Of a DNA stretch of 64,000 bases, positions 44,164 to 56,996 are shown piece after piece. The stretch spans positions 1,674,001 through 1,738,000 of the forward strand of contig OZ251228.1 in NCBI GenBank assembly GCA_965240325.2, given 5' to 3'. Each line of letters begins with the position of its first letter. Position 1 is the stretch's first letter. Under the pieces are notes generated by a model. It did not search any database. It saw only the letters and a program-made list of their open reading frames with translations, and was not told the DNA's origin. Source of the stretch: Rebecca billardiae RCC1528 (Eukaryota; Protista; Haptophyta). The position numbers and the translations under genes are program-made.

Positions 44164-45684
44164 ATGTCAGTCTTCCTCCGCGCGGAAGACTGCCCCCCTG
44201 ATGACCAGCCATGGCTGCTCTCGAGTCGCGGCGATCTCCGCCGAGACCAGGCGAGGCTCGAGAGCTGGCTCAAGGACCGGCGCGCTTCATACCCCGGCGC
44301 CCACTCGGCGTTTGAGGAGAAGCTCGCGTGGATCTCGAAGACGTTCACCAACATGGGCTGGGGCCGCTGGGAGCCGGCGTCGCCGGTGGACGCGCTGCGC
44401 GAGATATTGTACGAGTCGTGCCCGGAGAGCGTGACGGTCCAGCTCGTGCTCGCGCGCTCTGACGTGGACAAGATGTGCTTCACCTCAGCTGAGGAGGAAG
44501 CAAGCTTCCTCAGCGCGCCAGAGGTGGTTCGCGCGGGCTGGGACGGGAAGGGTGACCTGCCCTCCTTCCAGGCGTGGCTGCGCAAGGACGCCACGCCGGG
44601 CACGGAGATCGAGAAAGGCGTCGGTCCCGGCGCCAAGCGCGACTACGTCGTGCTCGCGCAGTTTGACGGCGTGTCCCGGGACGCAAGCTGTGTCGACACG
44701 CTCGTCGAGCTCTGCAGGCGCGTGCACCTTCTCCGAGCGGAGCTGGCCAGCGAGCCCGTGCCGTACGACACTCCCCCCGAGCGCATTGGTGAGCTCATGC
44801 ACTTCCCTGCCGCGCCCGCCCTGCCCAAGACCGCCATGCCGAAGCCGTCGGGTGCCAAGGGCGGTAAGAAGGCGGCGACGAGCGCGCCGCCCGCCGCCAG
44901 CGCAACAGTGCAGCAGTGCGTCGCAGTTGTGGTGGCCGGCTTCCACCCAGTCAAGAGCGCTACCCCCGACGGTTGGCGCAAGGGGCTGGACGCGCACGCG
45001 CGCGAGTCGGGCCTCACGTACGTGCTCGTGCCCAACGCCAAGAAGGACGACGACGACGAGGACGACGGCGGCGAGAAGGAGAATGGCGCGCAGCGGCCTG
45101 CCTCGGCCTCGACGCACGTGCCCCTGTGGCTGCCCAAGGAGTACCACGACATCCGCAAGCGCGTGCTCGCGCACTGCTGGAACGGCGAGGGCGAGTGCGA
45201 GCACATCCGCGCGCGGCTCGAGAAGGGCAACACGGACTCTACCAACGTGCAGCTCGCGATCTTCACCGCGGAGTTCCAGGCTCTGAAGGAAATGCGCACT
45301 GGGCTCTCGGCGGTGCAGAAGCTGATGACGGTGCTCGCCCTGCTCGAGGCGATGTGCCTTCGCACGACGTGGTGCCACGACATCGAGTACGACGCCGTCG
45401 ACGAGGCGGAGAAGCTGGTGAGCTCGATCGGCGAGTACCTGCGCCTCAACCTCCTGCGCAAGACAGACGCCGAGCTCGGCCTCGATTCGCATGGCGGCAC
45501 GCCGCGCGAAGCCCTGCACGGTATGCTCGCGCTGCGCAAGAAGCAGCTGGAGGAGGAGGAAGGCAACGTCAGCATCAAGTTCAGCTACATCGCGCGCAAG
45601 CGGCGCACCAATGCCGAGATGGCCGCGGCTCGCTCGGCAGGCGCAGTGCCTGCCTCCAAGAAGGCCCACACCGAGGTGGCGTAG
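44164..45684 (+). CDS. Hypothetical protein (506 aa)
   Basis: Long ORF with GC3-biased codons and balanced composition; basic C-terminus. No motif recognised. Confidence 0.7.
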   Translation: MSVFLRAEDCPPDDQPWLLSSRGDLRRDQARLESWLKDRRASYPGAHSAFEEKLAWISKTFTNMGWGRWEPASPVDALREILYESCPESVTVQLVLARSDVDKMCFTSAEEEASFLSAPEVVRAGWDGKGDLPSFQAWLRKDATPGTEIEKGVGPGAKRDYVVLAQFDGVSRDASCVDTLVELCRRVHLLRAELASEPVPYDTPPERIGELMHFPAAPALPKTAMPKPSGAKGGKKAATSAPPAASATVQQCVAVVVAGFHPVKSATPDGWRKGLDAHARESGLTYVLVPNAKKDDDDEDDGGEKENGAQRPASASTHVPLWLPKEYHDIRKRVLAHCWNGEGECEHIRARLEKGNTDSTNVQLAIFTAEFQALKEMRTGLSAVQKLMTVLALLEAMCLRTTWCHDIEYDAVDEAEKLVSSIGEYLRLNLLRKTDAELGLDSHGGTPREALHGMLALRKKQLEEEEGNVSIKFSYIARKRRTNAEMAAARSAGAVPASKKAHTEVA

Positions 45685-46090
45685 GATGATGATTGATGGC
45701 ATGCCTTGCTCCTTGCAGTCTGCACACCGTTGCTGAGTGCTTCAAGTTGATGTGCCGGGGCAACGTGGGTAGGACTCGGACGAGTAGTGATGCGCGCACC
45801 ATTGAGACTGTCGTCTGATCCGATCAAGCAGACTCTGTTGGACACACTCGGCTACGTGTCGTCGGACACGCGTGCGACGTCGCGGCGGACCTTGCGCAGC
45901 CAGGAGTCAGCCCTCAGAGTCAGTGCCTCATGCCGATATACTAGCTACTATGGCGGATATATATGTGGGGTTATTGGCACAATAACTGATTGTCTAAGAG
46001 GACGGTGGGAGCGCAATGCGCCGTATCAACACCTGCCTGCCATTCGGCCTGAGCCAGGCGGCCGAGCTCTGAAAGTCCGGCTGCCATCTT

Positions 46091-47000
46091 GGGCCTGTTT
46101 TATTTCTACCAGATTCCATTTCCTATGTCACGGCGACAAACCCCTGCCCGCCAGTGGGAATCGGTGTCACGCCCCGTTGGGTGTACCTCTCACGGCCGAT
46201 GGCGGCCCCCACGTGCGCAAGGAACGCGATTCCTGCACTCCTCGGTGACCGGTGAGTGCAGGAATCCAGTTGCGGCGCTCGTCCGCCTCGTCGTCGTCGC
46301 ACACGAGGTACACCCAACACCATGGGTCGGATCCTAGAACTCTCCGCGCGCTCGCGCCCGCGCGGCGAGCGCTTGCAGGCTTGTTCTCATCATCTTGGCC
46401 AAGACTGCAGCCTGCCAGATGCGCCAGGAGACGTGTGCACGCCTTTCCGCGCGTCATGGGTGCGCGTGGCACGCACCTTGTCATAATATACGCCGAGGAG
46501 GCCTGAGCATCCGGCCTACCAACCTTCCGCGCTCACGTTCAAATGCAGGCGGCAAGCTGCATGCAAGCGCACGCCGAACGGAAGCATCTCAAGCTCGACA
46601 AGGTAGAGGCGGCGGAGCGTTTAGAGCTAGTGGCGATTGCAGTCCATCTGGCTGTGAACTGGTCGCTAACTGACGCGGGTGCGATGCAGCCAAGGCAGAG
46701 TGCTTGCAGCTTGCAGAGGGCCTGCAGCTGCGGCGGTTTGCCGCCGCTCGCCGGCTGCATCGTACACACTGCCGTGCACCGCAAGTGACCGCTGTGTCAA
46801 GGCGAAGCACCACGGCAAGGCGAAGCAGCATGTCTGACAACATCCTTCGCCACAGCGCAGCGCCTCAACACGAGAATGCGCGAACGACGTGCCATCACTA
46901 CTCCGGACTAGCTCCGGCGCCCGCACCAGCGGGCAAGCCGCCATCTTACCGCGTTTTGGCGAATGTCGCCTTTGGGCTCTCGTAGAAATAAAACAGGCCC
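46091..47000. mobile_element. PIF/Harbinger(Tourist)-like MITE, 910 bp
   Basis: Perfect 19-bp TIR GGGCCTGTTTTATTTCTAC (46091-46109 / 46982-47000). The TSD is ambiguous (TT, or CTTG if the ends are GGCC), so the superfamily is tentative. Confidence 0.7.
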
Positions 47001-47456
47001 TTGGCCCGACCCTCTTCTCGTGCCACGAGGGACTTTCGAGCCTGCTCTGTGCGCACGCACGACGGCCTAGAACGACCTACTCACTGCGCTGCTCCTGGGC
47101 CATAGTAGGCTAATAGGCAGGGTTGGCATGGCGGTCAGGACGGCCAATTCGTGAACTGGGTTTTTCATCTGGCGCCGAGCCAACCGTTACCGTCGCTGCT
47201 GCGTGCCTCCCAGTCCCGCTCACTCGCAGCGATCGCCCTTCGGAAGCGCCCACTATCCTGATGGCTGCAGCTGTTTCCGGCGGCCCGCAGCTTCGGGGCG
47301 CCCTGTGCACGATGGTCCTTCGTCTCTCGCGGAACAAAAATCCCATACAATACATATATATAAAGTCTGGTCTCTCGCCGCTTGGCTCCGCCCTGCCCGG
47401 CGTGTGCCTCGCCTCCTCACTGCATCTGGATGGCGCAGGCGCTTTGAGGACGGCTA

Positions 47457-47778
<322 letters not shown>

Positions 47779-47983
47779 ACTTACGCGAGTAGTCGTCCGT
47801 CGCGTCTAGCTAAGTCGCCGCGCGGCGCGGTGGCGCACGTGCTGGCGCAGTGTGAATATCGCGCGTATGACATGCGCGAAGTCCTACTAGCTGGTGATAG
47901 GCTACTGCTGTGTGACCGAGCCCGGAGTCGCCCGCCTTGTGGCTCGTCGTCAGCATATTGCAGCGGACTCAGTCTCAGAGTAC

Positions 47984-48910
47984 TCAGACGCTGACGCTCA
48001 GTGACACGCTGCGGCACGGATCGGACTCGAGCAGGTGCTGCAAATGCTCGGCGGTCTTCATCCCGAGGCCGACCCGAGCCTTCTTCTTCAGCGGCATCCC
48101 CGTCGACGTCGTGGCGCGCTTGAACACCTCGCTGCAATGCGGCCCCGTGCACAGCGTGAGGACGACCACCGTGTTGGCGCGCAGATGTGCGCCCACCATG
48201 TCGTACGCCTCGCGGAGCAGCGAGAGGACGGCCTCGTCGGGCACGAAGACGTGAAGCAGCTGCTTCGTCCAAGACGCGTTGCTCACGTGCTTGGTCGACT
48301 CAACGACACCGTCCAACTTCTTCGTAAGCAGGCGCACGGCGTCCTCGATCCCAAACGCGCCGGACACGTGCGGCCATCGGCAGCAGGCGCGCGTCACCGA
48401 AACCCCGATGACCTGCTCGTCGACAACGACAGAGAAATCAGTGATCTTGCTGCGGTGCTCGGTCCCGGTGAAGTACTGAAGCTCGAGCTCCGTCTTGTCC
48501 AGCTTTGCGCCGAGCACGCTGCTGAGCAGCTCCATCGAGAACGCCTCAGAGAGCTCGCTCGAGCCGCCAGCGTTCTCGGTCGAGTACACGCGCTGCGCGC
48601 AGTCGCTCATCTTGGTTACGTCGAGCTTGCGAGTCACGTCGAGTGCCATCGAGTCGATGATCAGCGCGAGGTCGGGCTCGCGAAGTGCACCCGCGATCAG
48701 CGCGCAGTCGTCGAGAGACACGCAGGCGTGGAAGCCGCTGCGAGCGACGAGCTGCGAGCCGAAGGCGGCGACGCGCACCTCGTCCGCGGCGGGCGCCCAC
48801 GCGAACTGGTCCTCAGAGCTGACGGTGCGCCCTATGTTGGGCTCATCTTGCTCATCTTCTGCGGCGCCACGGGTGGCGACAAGTGCGCGCTCGCGCGCAC
48901 TGGTACCCAT
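47984..48910 (-). CDS. AAC4-like conserved protein (putative PD-(D/E)xK-like fold)
   Basis: NAGGSSELSEAFSMELL, KTELELQY, KITDF, GVSVTRA, RLLTKKL, WTKQLLHVF match my recollection of the 'AAC-rich mRNA clone AAC4' family. Confidence 0.7.
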   Translation of the reverse strand: MGTSARERALVATRGAAEDEQDEPNIGRTVSSEDQFAWAPAADEVRVAAFGSQLVARSGFHACVSLDDCALIAGALREPDLALIIDSMALDVTRKLDVTKMSDCAQRVYSTENAGGSSELSEAFSMELLSSVLGAKLDKTELELQYFTGTEHRSKITDFSVVVDEQVIGVSVTRACCRWPHVSGAFGIEDAVRLLTKKLDGVVESTKHVSNASWTKQLLHVFVPDEAVLSLLREAYDMVGAHLRANTVVVLTLCTGPHCSEVFKRATTSTGMPLKKKARVGLGMKTAEHLQHLLESDPCRSVSLSVSV

Positions 48911-49502
48911 GGTCGGCGCTGTGCATCGACGCCGCTCCCGTCTGGACGGGGTGAGCAGCCGTGGGACACGGACGGGTCCCTATCGAATTGCCAAGACCGA
49001 GAACTCATGGCTTGGTTTCTATGGATAGGCTATCCAACTCTACTAGCGGAGGGGGCCCGGACCATGGCCTCTGATACAGCGTGCTCTCCCACTCCCTATG
49101 GTGATTGCATGGCCTCTGCGGCCTGCCACACCTCTTGTGGCATGGCCGCTCCAATATGTTACCCCGCTGGCTCGCCGCGATGTGCGTCCGTCGGACAATG
49201 TGTTGACACATGGGGGCCCTGAGATTGAGGCAGACTACCCGGCTGCTGGCAGTCACACTGGTCACGGAGCTCACAAGACACAACGGCCTTGCACTTTGCA
49301 GCACTACAAGTACAGACCATCACAGTCAGTCTGTCAGACCGACCGACTGGACAGCAGCAGGCCACACAGCCACCTGCTGGCTCTGCCAGGACACTGGCAG
49401 CCCCCAGGCGCAGGCTGCCTCCTCCTAGTCAAGCTTAGCAGCAAGACAGCCCCCCGCCCAAACGACACTGCCCACCCCGCCAGGCAAATGTGCCTACTGT
49501 AG

Positions 49503-52500
49503 TTAGAGCATTCTGACGACCTGCTCCACGCGGTCTGACACGCCGCCTGCAGCCGCAGCGGCGCCGGGTCGACGACTGTGTCGGGAGGCGAGGCCCGGTG
49601 CTCCTGACGACACTGCGCTCCCAGCGTCGGCCGCGCGCCGCCGGCGGAGCGCTGAGCCGCCGAGTGCAAGCAGCGCGGCGGCGACGACGAGCGCGGCGAC
49701 GGCGGCGGCGGCCAGCACGCCGCGCGCGCGGTGCTCGGCGGTGCCCGCGGGCGCGCCGCGCAGCGCCGCCGCGCCAGAGGCGCCGCGCAGCGCCGTCGGC
49801 GCAGTCGCCTCTGCCGCCGCCCTGCCGCACGCGCAGCAGTTGCGCTCGGGGAAGTGGTTGACCTCGCCGCCCGTCGACACGTCGCGCAGCGTGCCGTTGT
49901 CGCACCACTTGTGCAGCGCGTACTCGCGGCACGTGTACCCGTGTGCGTTGGACCACGAGACCGCGTCGTGGCAGCCGAGGCCCTTGTACACTGCGGTCTC
50001 GCGCTTGGTGCCGCAGTAGCGGGGCGGCGCGGCGCCCTCCTCGCCGTCGCAGATGTCGCCGCACTTGCTCGGCGCGCTCTGCCGCCCCGCGTGCAGCTCG
50101 TCGCCGCACAGGCACTCGCCCCAGTCGCGCGAGCGCGTGAGCGCAAAGTAGATGAAGCTCTCGCACGCGCGCGCACACGAGGTGCTGGAGTGGCCGGCAC
50201 CGAAATGGTACGGCAATGGCGGCCGCCCGCGCTTGTCCACCGAGTAGCAGCCGACGAACTGCACGCTGGCGACGGCTGGCGGCGCGACGGCGAGGAGCGG
50301 CGAGAGCACGGTCGGCGCGCCGTCCGTCGCGCCCGCGTCGCGCGCGCCCGCCGTGCCGCCCTGCGAGCCGTCGCCGCCGTCGCCGTTCGGCACCGGCGCG
50401 CGCGGCAGCGGCAGCCGATAGATTGCGTTGCGGCCGCGCATGCCGCAGTAGCGAGTGGGCTGCAGCGAGCCCTCGTTGGGGCACGGCCGGCCGCACTCGT
50501 GGTCGTTCACCTTGCGGTACGGCGAGTGCCGCGCGTGGCGCTCAAGCCCCGTCGTCGGCTCGCGCACCACCCTCGCGCCGCAGCGGCACTGCGCGCCCGG
50601 CCCCTGCATCGCGAAATAGGGGAAGCCCACGCACAGCCGCGCGCACACGCTCGTCGTGAGGCCGGCGCCGCGGTAGTGCGGAAGCAGGGGCACCTCGTCG
50701 TGGTCGATGTGGCAGCCCACCCACGTGAGCTCGGAGACGGCGCCGTCGCGCAGCCGCAGCAGGTCGAGCTCAGCCCCGGCGCGGTCGGCCGAGCCCAACG
50801 GTCCGTGCGGCCGCTCCGCGTCGTCATCGGCGCCGCCGCCGCCATTCCCCGCCGGCGGGCGCGGCGCCACGCCCTCGTGAGTGAACGCCTCTCGGAGCGT
50901 GGCCTCCGCCGCGACGACGGAGAAGGAGACGAGCGCGGCGACGGCGTTCGCGGAGTGCGCGGGCATCGGTGTGAAGACGCGCGCGCGCGCCAGCACGTCC
51001 TCACGCGCTGTCGAGTGCGGCAGCTCACCGAGCAGACGCGCCGCGCCGCCCGACGACCAGCTCGACGCGGCAGACTCGGCCGCGCGCGCGAGCTCGCGCG
51101 CGACGCGCGTGTCGTCCGCGCCCCCGCTGTACGCGCGCAGGTTGGGGAAGTGCAAGTGCTCGCAGCCGATGCGCTTGCGCTCACAGTCGCGCTCCGCGCC
51201 CAACTCGTTGCCCTGCGCGGCGGAAGCGGCGGCGATGGCGGCGATGGCGGCGCGGGCACGCCGCCGGCACGCGCGCGGTCTCACTCTCAGTCAGCGCGGT
51301 CGGCCGGAGCGCGTGGGCGCGCGCGCGCCGCGCGCCGCCGGACCTTGTCAATCTTGGCGAGCAGGCTTGAGCCCGCGTCGCCCGGCGCTGTGAGAAGCCG
51401 TCTCTCCCACTCGAAGTTGCGGTCGAGATACAGCCACGTCACGTTCACGCGCAGCCCCGCGCGCACGCCCGCGCGGTCGTTGGCGACGGTGGTGAGCGCG
51501 CGCCGCGCCGTCACCGCCGAGCCGCGCAGCTTGGCAGCCTTGAGCTCGTCGAGCACGCCTGCGAGCTCGTGCCTCGCGAACACGGCCACGTCCTCGACGG
51601 CCTTCGAGCTGCCGCCGCGTCGGCCCGAGCGGCTCAGCTCCACGCCGAACAGCGACGCCAGACCCGTGTCCACCTCGCCGTCCGCCGGCGCGGCCGGGTC
51701 GAGAGTCGGGCTGAGGCCGACGCTTGCGACGACTGGGACGAGGAGCTCGCGCACGCCGCGCATGAGGAGGGCGCCGATCGCCGCGCCGGGCGTGCCTGCC
51801 GCGTCGCCGAGGAGCATCTCAGCGGTGCGCACGTGCGCGGGCTCGCGCGCCGCGCTGCGCAGCCCGCCCGCGCCGTCGACCCCACCCGCGCGCAGGAAGA
51901 GCGCGTCGTTGCTGTCGCCCTCCGACGGGCCCCACGACTCGACGGCCGGCGCGCCCGCGAGCAGCAGCTGCAGCCACGTGGCGTGTACAGAGGGCTGCTC
52001 GTACGTGAGCGCGGTGACGGCTGTCGGCGGCCGGTCCCACTCGCTCCCCACGCCCTCCTGCCCGCCGTACAGCATGCTCGCCGCGTCCGCGCGCAGCTGC
52101 AGCAGCCGCCTGCGCTCGTGCTCGGCAGGCAGCGTGGCGGAGAGCCGCGAGGCGCACGCGGCGACCGCTCGGCCGAGCGAGAGCGGGCGGCGCGGCATCG
52201 GCACGTCGACGAGCCCGGTCTGCGCGCGCGGCGCGAGCGTGCCATCGGCCGCGGGCGCGCCGCCGCCCGCGGCCCAGTTCTCCACGTACCCGCCCAGCGT
52301 CAGCCGCACGGAGCGCGCGCGCGCGCGCTCGGCGCGCGCCGCCGCGGCCGAGCCGGCGGCGTCGCCGCTCGCGCCCGCGTCCGCGCCGTCGCTCCGCTGC
52401 GCGCGCAGGTAGCTCGCCTGCGCGGCGACCGGCACGCCGGAGTACACGGAGGTGAAGTGGAAGGGCAGCCAGCCCTCGGGCTTCTCCGCCCACGCGGGCC

Positions 52501-54016
52501 ACCCGCTCGTCTCCTCGCGCGCGTCCAGGTCGATCCCGTCGAGCTGCGCGCGCGGCCCGGCGAGCGCTCCGGTGAGCACCGTGTACGGCCGAAGCGGGCG
52601 CGGCAGCAGCGTCGTCGCGTTTCTGTACCGCGGGTTGCGCCCGAGGAAGTCAGCGAGCGCGCCGGCGTTCCAGCCCATCGGCTGCGTGTCGTTGCCCAGC
52701 CCGAACGGCTCGAGCAGCGCCTTCGCCACGGTGCCCACCCACACGTCCTCCAGCTGGCGCACCGTCGCGAGGCCCGCAGCCGCCTCGGGCGACGAGGACG
52801 AGTGCGCGCGGTGGTGGTGCGAGGCGCGCGTCGGCGCGCGGCTGCCCGGCGTGAGCAGCTGCTGCAGCGTGAGGTCGGCGGCGGCCCAGAGGTCGGCCGA
52901 GGCGGCGCTCGCGAGCGTGCCGCGCGGGGCCTTCTCCAGGCTCTCGTACGTGATCGCCTCCGGCGCCACAAACTCGCCGAGCAGCTGCGCGTCCGACGGC
53001 ACCGCGCGCTCGTCCGCATACGTGAACGCGGCCGCGACCGCGGCCGCGGTGCCCGACGCCGAGAGCGCGCGCAGGTGCGGGAGCAGGCCGAGCGCGTTGA
53101 TGCCGCGCAGCGTGCCCGCCGCGACGGCCATCGCGAGCGCGCCGTCGCCCGCGAGCACCAGCCCGACGTTCGATGTACGCCGCTGCAGCTCCGCGTCGGA
53201 CGCTTCGGGGAAACGCTCCGCGTGCGGTGGCCGCCACGAGCGCGCGCGCACGGCCGTCTGCTGCAGGTCCGCGTGCGCGCACATGCCGGTGGCCTCGTCG
53301 ACGCAGGTGCCGGGCGTGCAGACGCACACGCGGGTGCGCGTGTCGCACTGCGCGTGCGTGAGCTGCGCGCACGACAGCCGCGCGTCGCACCGCACGCCCG
53401 TTGACATGCCCACACAGAACGTGCGCACGCTCACGCGGCCCGCGGCCGGCGGCGGCGGGCTCGGCGGCGGCGGCGGCGGCGAGGGTAGCGGCGGCGAGGC
53501 TCGCTTCGGGCTCGCGACGGGCGTCGCGGCCAGCGCACGCAGGAGCCCGTCCGGCGAGCGGCCGGCCAGCAGCAGCTCGAGCGTTGGGCTCGCGTCGAGC
53601 GCGGACGCGTTCACACCGGCCGGCAGCTCGTCCAGGAAGTGATCGCGGATGCGCTCGGCGCGCGCGCGCGCTCTGGCGCGCGCGAGCGCTCCCTCGCGCG
53701 CGCTGAGCGCGCCCGTCTGCGTGCCCCCTGGTGGCTCGTCCGCAGAGAAGGCGTCCGAGCGCTGCAGCGCCTCGAGCCACGACTCGCCCACCTGTGGCGG
53801 CGCTTCTTGCCACGCCGGCGACGTCCGGGATGCATCCGCGTGCAGGGCACGGCCTGGACGCGAGCCGAGCGACGGGCGCGGGGTCGACGGCTCGCGGTGC
53901 GTCGGCGCGGCCTGCGCCGCTCCCGTGCGCACGTCGGCCGCCACCAGCAGTAGCGCGAGGCACGCCGCCAAAGCCGTGCCCCGTCGTCCGCCTCGAAGTG
54001 CGCGCAGCGTCGCCAT
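49503..54016 (-). CDS. Type-I membrane protein: signal peptide, Cys-rich module, degenerate patatin/cPLA2-like domain, two WSC domains, TM; intron 51213-51343
   Basis: A phase-0 GT...CAG intron joins ORF 51287-54052 to ORF 49503-51284 (IDK/GNELG). WSC motifs WVGC...CARLC...YFAMQ...CRCG and FVGCY...CARAC...YFAL...CLCG; C-terminal hydrophobic helix. Confidence 0.75.
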
Positions 54017-54084
54017 GCGGACAGGTGCGCACCGGTTATGACGGTTGGGCACTGGCCGCTAGGCATTCAACCTGCGCGTTTGCT

Positions 54085-54118
54085 ATCTCGCCTGCCTGAG
54101 CTGTGTGCGTCTCTTATT
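54085..54118 (+). repeat. Dispersed 34-bp motif, copy 3
   Basis: Identical to 7886-7919. Confidence 0.85.
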
Positions 54119-55065
54119 AATTCTTAGTAATAAACTGTATTTGCAGGTACATCACCGTACCCCCAAACGTTATGACGGATCGGATCCCGATTCCCGGTGG
54201 TTCCGCGTGACGGTGGCTCAATCATCGTCGCCGCCGCCGGTCGGGACCGCGCACGCGGCGCGCACGCGGGTTCAAGTTCAACCGGCACCGCGGCCGCACC
54301 GCCCAGCCGGCCCGAGTCCGGCACGGTCGGCGGGACAGTCGGCAGTTACGCGCGGGCGGTCAAGGCTGCGGCACCGGGCCCGGACGCCGCCGCGGCACGG
54401 TCGGACCGCGGCCGCCGTGACCTGTCATAGCCGGCCGAGCAGCGGGCCTTATATAGTTATTCACTGCTGATGAGTTTTTTATTGCACGGGGCTGGGCACC
54501 TCAGCCGCCGGGCCGCACGGATTCGCGGGAGACAGGTTTCAATAACTATATATAATATCCCGGCGGCCGCCGGCTGTCTACTATATATATGTTATCAGAG
54601 TCAGTAACTTATTACTTACATAATGAACTAATTTCAATCTTAGGATATATTATAATTATGATAAAATATGATAAAATCAGCGATATATATATTTATTTGC
54701 AATTAGGCAAAACAGCCGCCGATTGCTGAGCAGCCGTCGCATAACAGCCGCCGAGCAGCAGCCATAGTCCATACCGTAACATTGATCCGACGCGTGTTGC
54801 CAGTGGCAGCAGACAGACACTGAGCCACAGCAGTGGGACTGCAGAGTGCAGGGCGACACGCACGGACTGTCCACGCTCTGCCGCTCAGCGGTCAACGACG
54901 GTCCGCGCATGGGCCGGCCACACGATCATCCACGCGGGCGCCACCGGCATTCGGCCACACCCGACGCGCCGGCGGCGCGAATGGTGACTGGTGGAGTGGG
55001 GCAGCGGGCCGCATGATGCTCGGGAAGTCACCCGTGGTCGTCCCTAAGGGCCTAAGGCCCCCGCC

Positions 55066-56332
55066 TCACTCCGCCTTCTTGCGCTTGGGCGAGGTGGCCA
55101 GCTTGGAGAAGATGTAGTTCTTTACGTACAGCGCAGCGAAGAGCACAAAGTAGCTCGCGTACATGATCCAGCTCAGGATGGTGTTGGTCTTGTTGGCGTG
55201 GCAATGGTGCCCTGCGCGAAGGCGGGTGCGGCCATGGCACATGCAGAGGCGTGCGTTCAGGCGGGCATGCGCTGGCGTCCGCTGGCTGGACGCGGCGGCA
55301 GGGCGACCGGACGCGCGCCGACGCAGGCGCACACCGAGAGACTGGTAATAGATGATCAGCACGTTCACCGCGAGGCCCACGCCCATCTGCGATAGTTGGA
55401 ACGTGGTGATGAGCCGAGCGTACGGCCGGACCATTTTGCGCTGCTTTGGCCCGAGCTGGTGCGGGCGAGCGCGCGCGCGGCGGCGCGCGGTGGGGCGTGC
55501 GGCGGTCAGCCGTGGCGAGAGTTGCGCGCGCGCGCCGCGGGTCGCGGCGCCGATGCCCCGCGCCCCGCCGTGCCCACGCGCGGCGCACCTGCGTCATGCC
55601 GAAATAGGCGTACATAATCGCGTGCACGAAATAATTCATGGCCGCAAACCAAATCCCGGACGGGATCCGCACGGCGTACGAGTGCCAGCAGTAGCACAGC
55701 ACGGTGACGTGGTGGTACCAGTGGAGGAAGATGACGTCCGCCTTCTTCGCCACGAGGAACACCGTGTCGATCAGCTCGAAGAGCTTCGACCAGATGAAGA
55801 GCAGCATCATGACGCCGATGAAGCCGTAGCCCATGAACACCGGGTGGCCGCACACGGTGCTCTCGAGGCCCTTCGTCCACAAGCGGTGGCCGATGGTCCA
55901 CCACGTCGCGAGCACGCCGACAGAGCTAAACGCCGAGAGGAAGAAGTTCCAGTAGCACGCTAGGCCATTCACCGGCAACGGTTGCCTGCGCGCGCGCGCG
56001 TATGGCGAGCACACAGTCATACACGCCTTGTGCGTCGCGCGTATAATTGCCGGCGGCACGGGTGGTCCAGGCGCGCACCGATTGGCCATGAGCTGCGGAC
56101 CGGCTGTTATAAATACCAGGTACACCACCACCGCGCTCAGCGGAATGCGCCAGTGTTCTCCCACGTAGACCGATGCGTTGCCGAAAAAGTCCACCTGCGG
56201 AACCAGCGACAGCGGCAGGTTGTTTGCGCGCCGCAGCTCGTCGGACATGTTCCCGTACTCGACGTAGGTCAAGCCGGCGATGAACTCCTCCGTGGTGGGC
56301 ATCCATGCCAGCAGGGTGCCAACGGGCCCCAT
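55066..56332 (-). CDS. ELO-family fatty acid elongase (ELOVL6-like); introns 55986-56078, 55456-55588, 55212-55334
   Basis: SKLFELIDTVF, FLHWYHH, MNYFVHAIMYAYF, ITTFQLSQM, MYASYFVLF, basic C-terminal KRKKAE. Confidence 0.93.
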
Positions 56333-56996
56333 CTCGCGCGCTCGCTGCAGCCGCGGCGCGATCACGTCGCAGTTGGCACGAACAGCGCGCCTCGATCTCC
56401 TGGCGGTGACGATTATTTATTCAAAACGACGCGCCCCCATGATGAACAATGGCTGCCACGATGGCGGCCTAATCTGGGCGCACCCACGTCTACCCCTTGC
56501 CATGGGAGGTAGGTCCCTTGCCTTCACACGCGCAACACTAGGCAGGGCCCCCACCGCAGCAGCGCTCCCTTCGCCTGACATTCGATCGCGGCGTTGCAAG
56601 GAGTACATGCGAGGGCACGTGCACGATCACGGTCCGGACTGGGCAAACGCGGCACAATCCCGCCGCGGGTGATGAACACAGTGGTAATACGTGGCCGTCT
56701 GGCCGAGTGTACTGTATGGCCCGAGCGAGCAGTTGCACGCCTTGCAATTTGCGGATGCACGCCGTACGATTTGGCAGAGCTGGCACGCAGCTTAGCCGCG
56801 TGTGACCATCGCCAGCGGCCACAGGCGCTGTTCCTCACCAAGAGCTAAGCGTGCGCTTCGTTGGTTGATGATGAGCACCGGAGTTCAGAGTGTACCGGAC
56901 AGCTCTCGAGATCACCGTTGGACCTGCTACGCTAAAGTGGCGAGCGAAGACGCCGCGCCGGCCCGGGCGGGGGCGGGAGGGTGGAGCCCGCTGACG

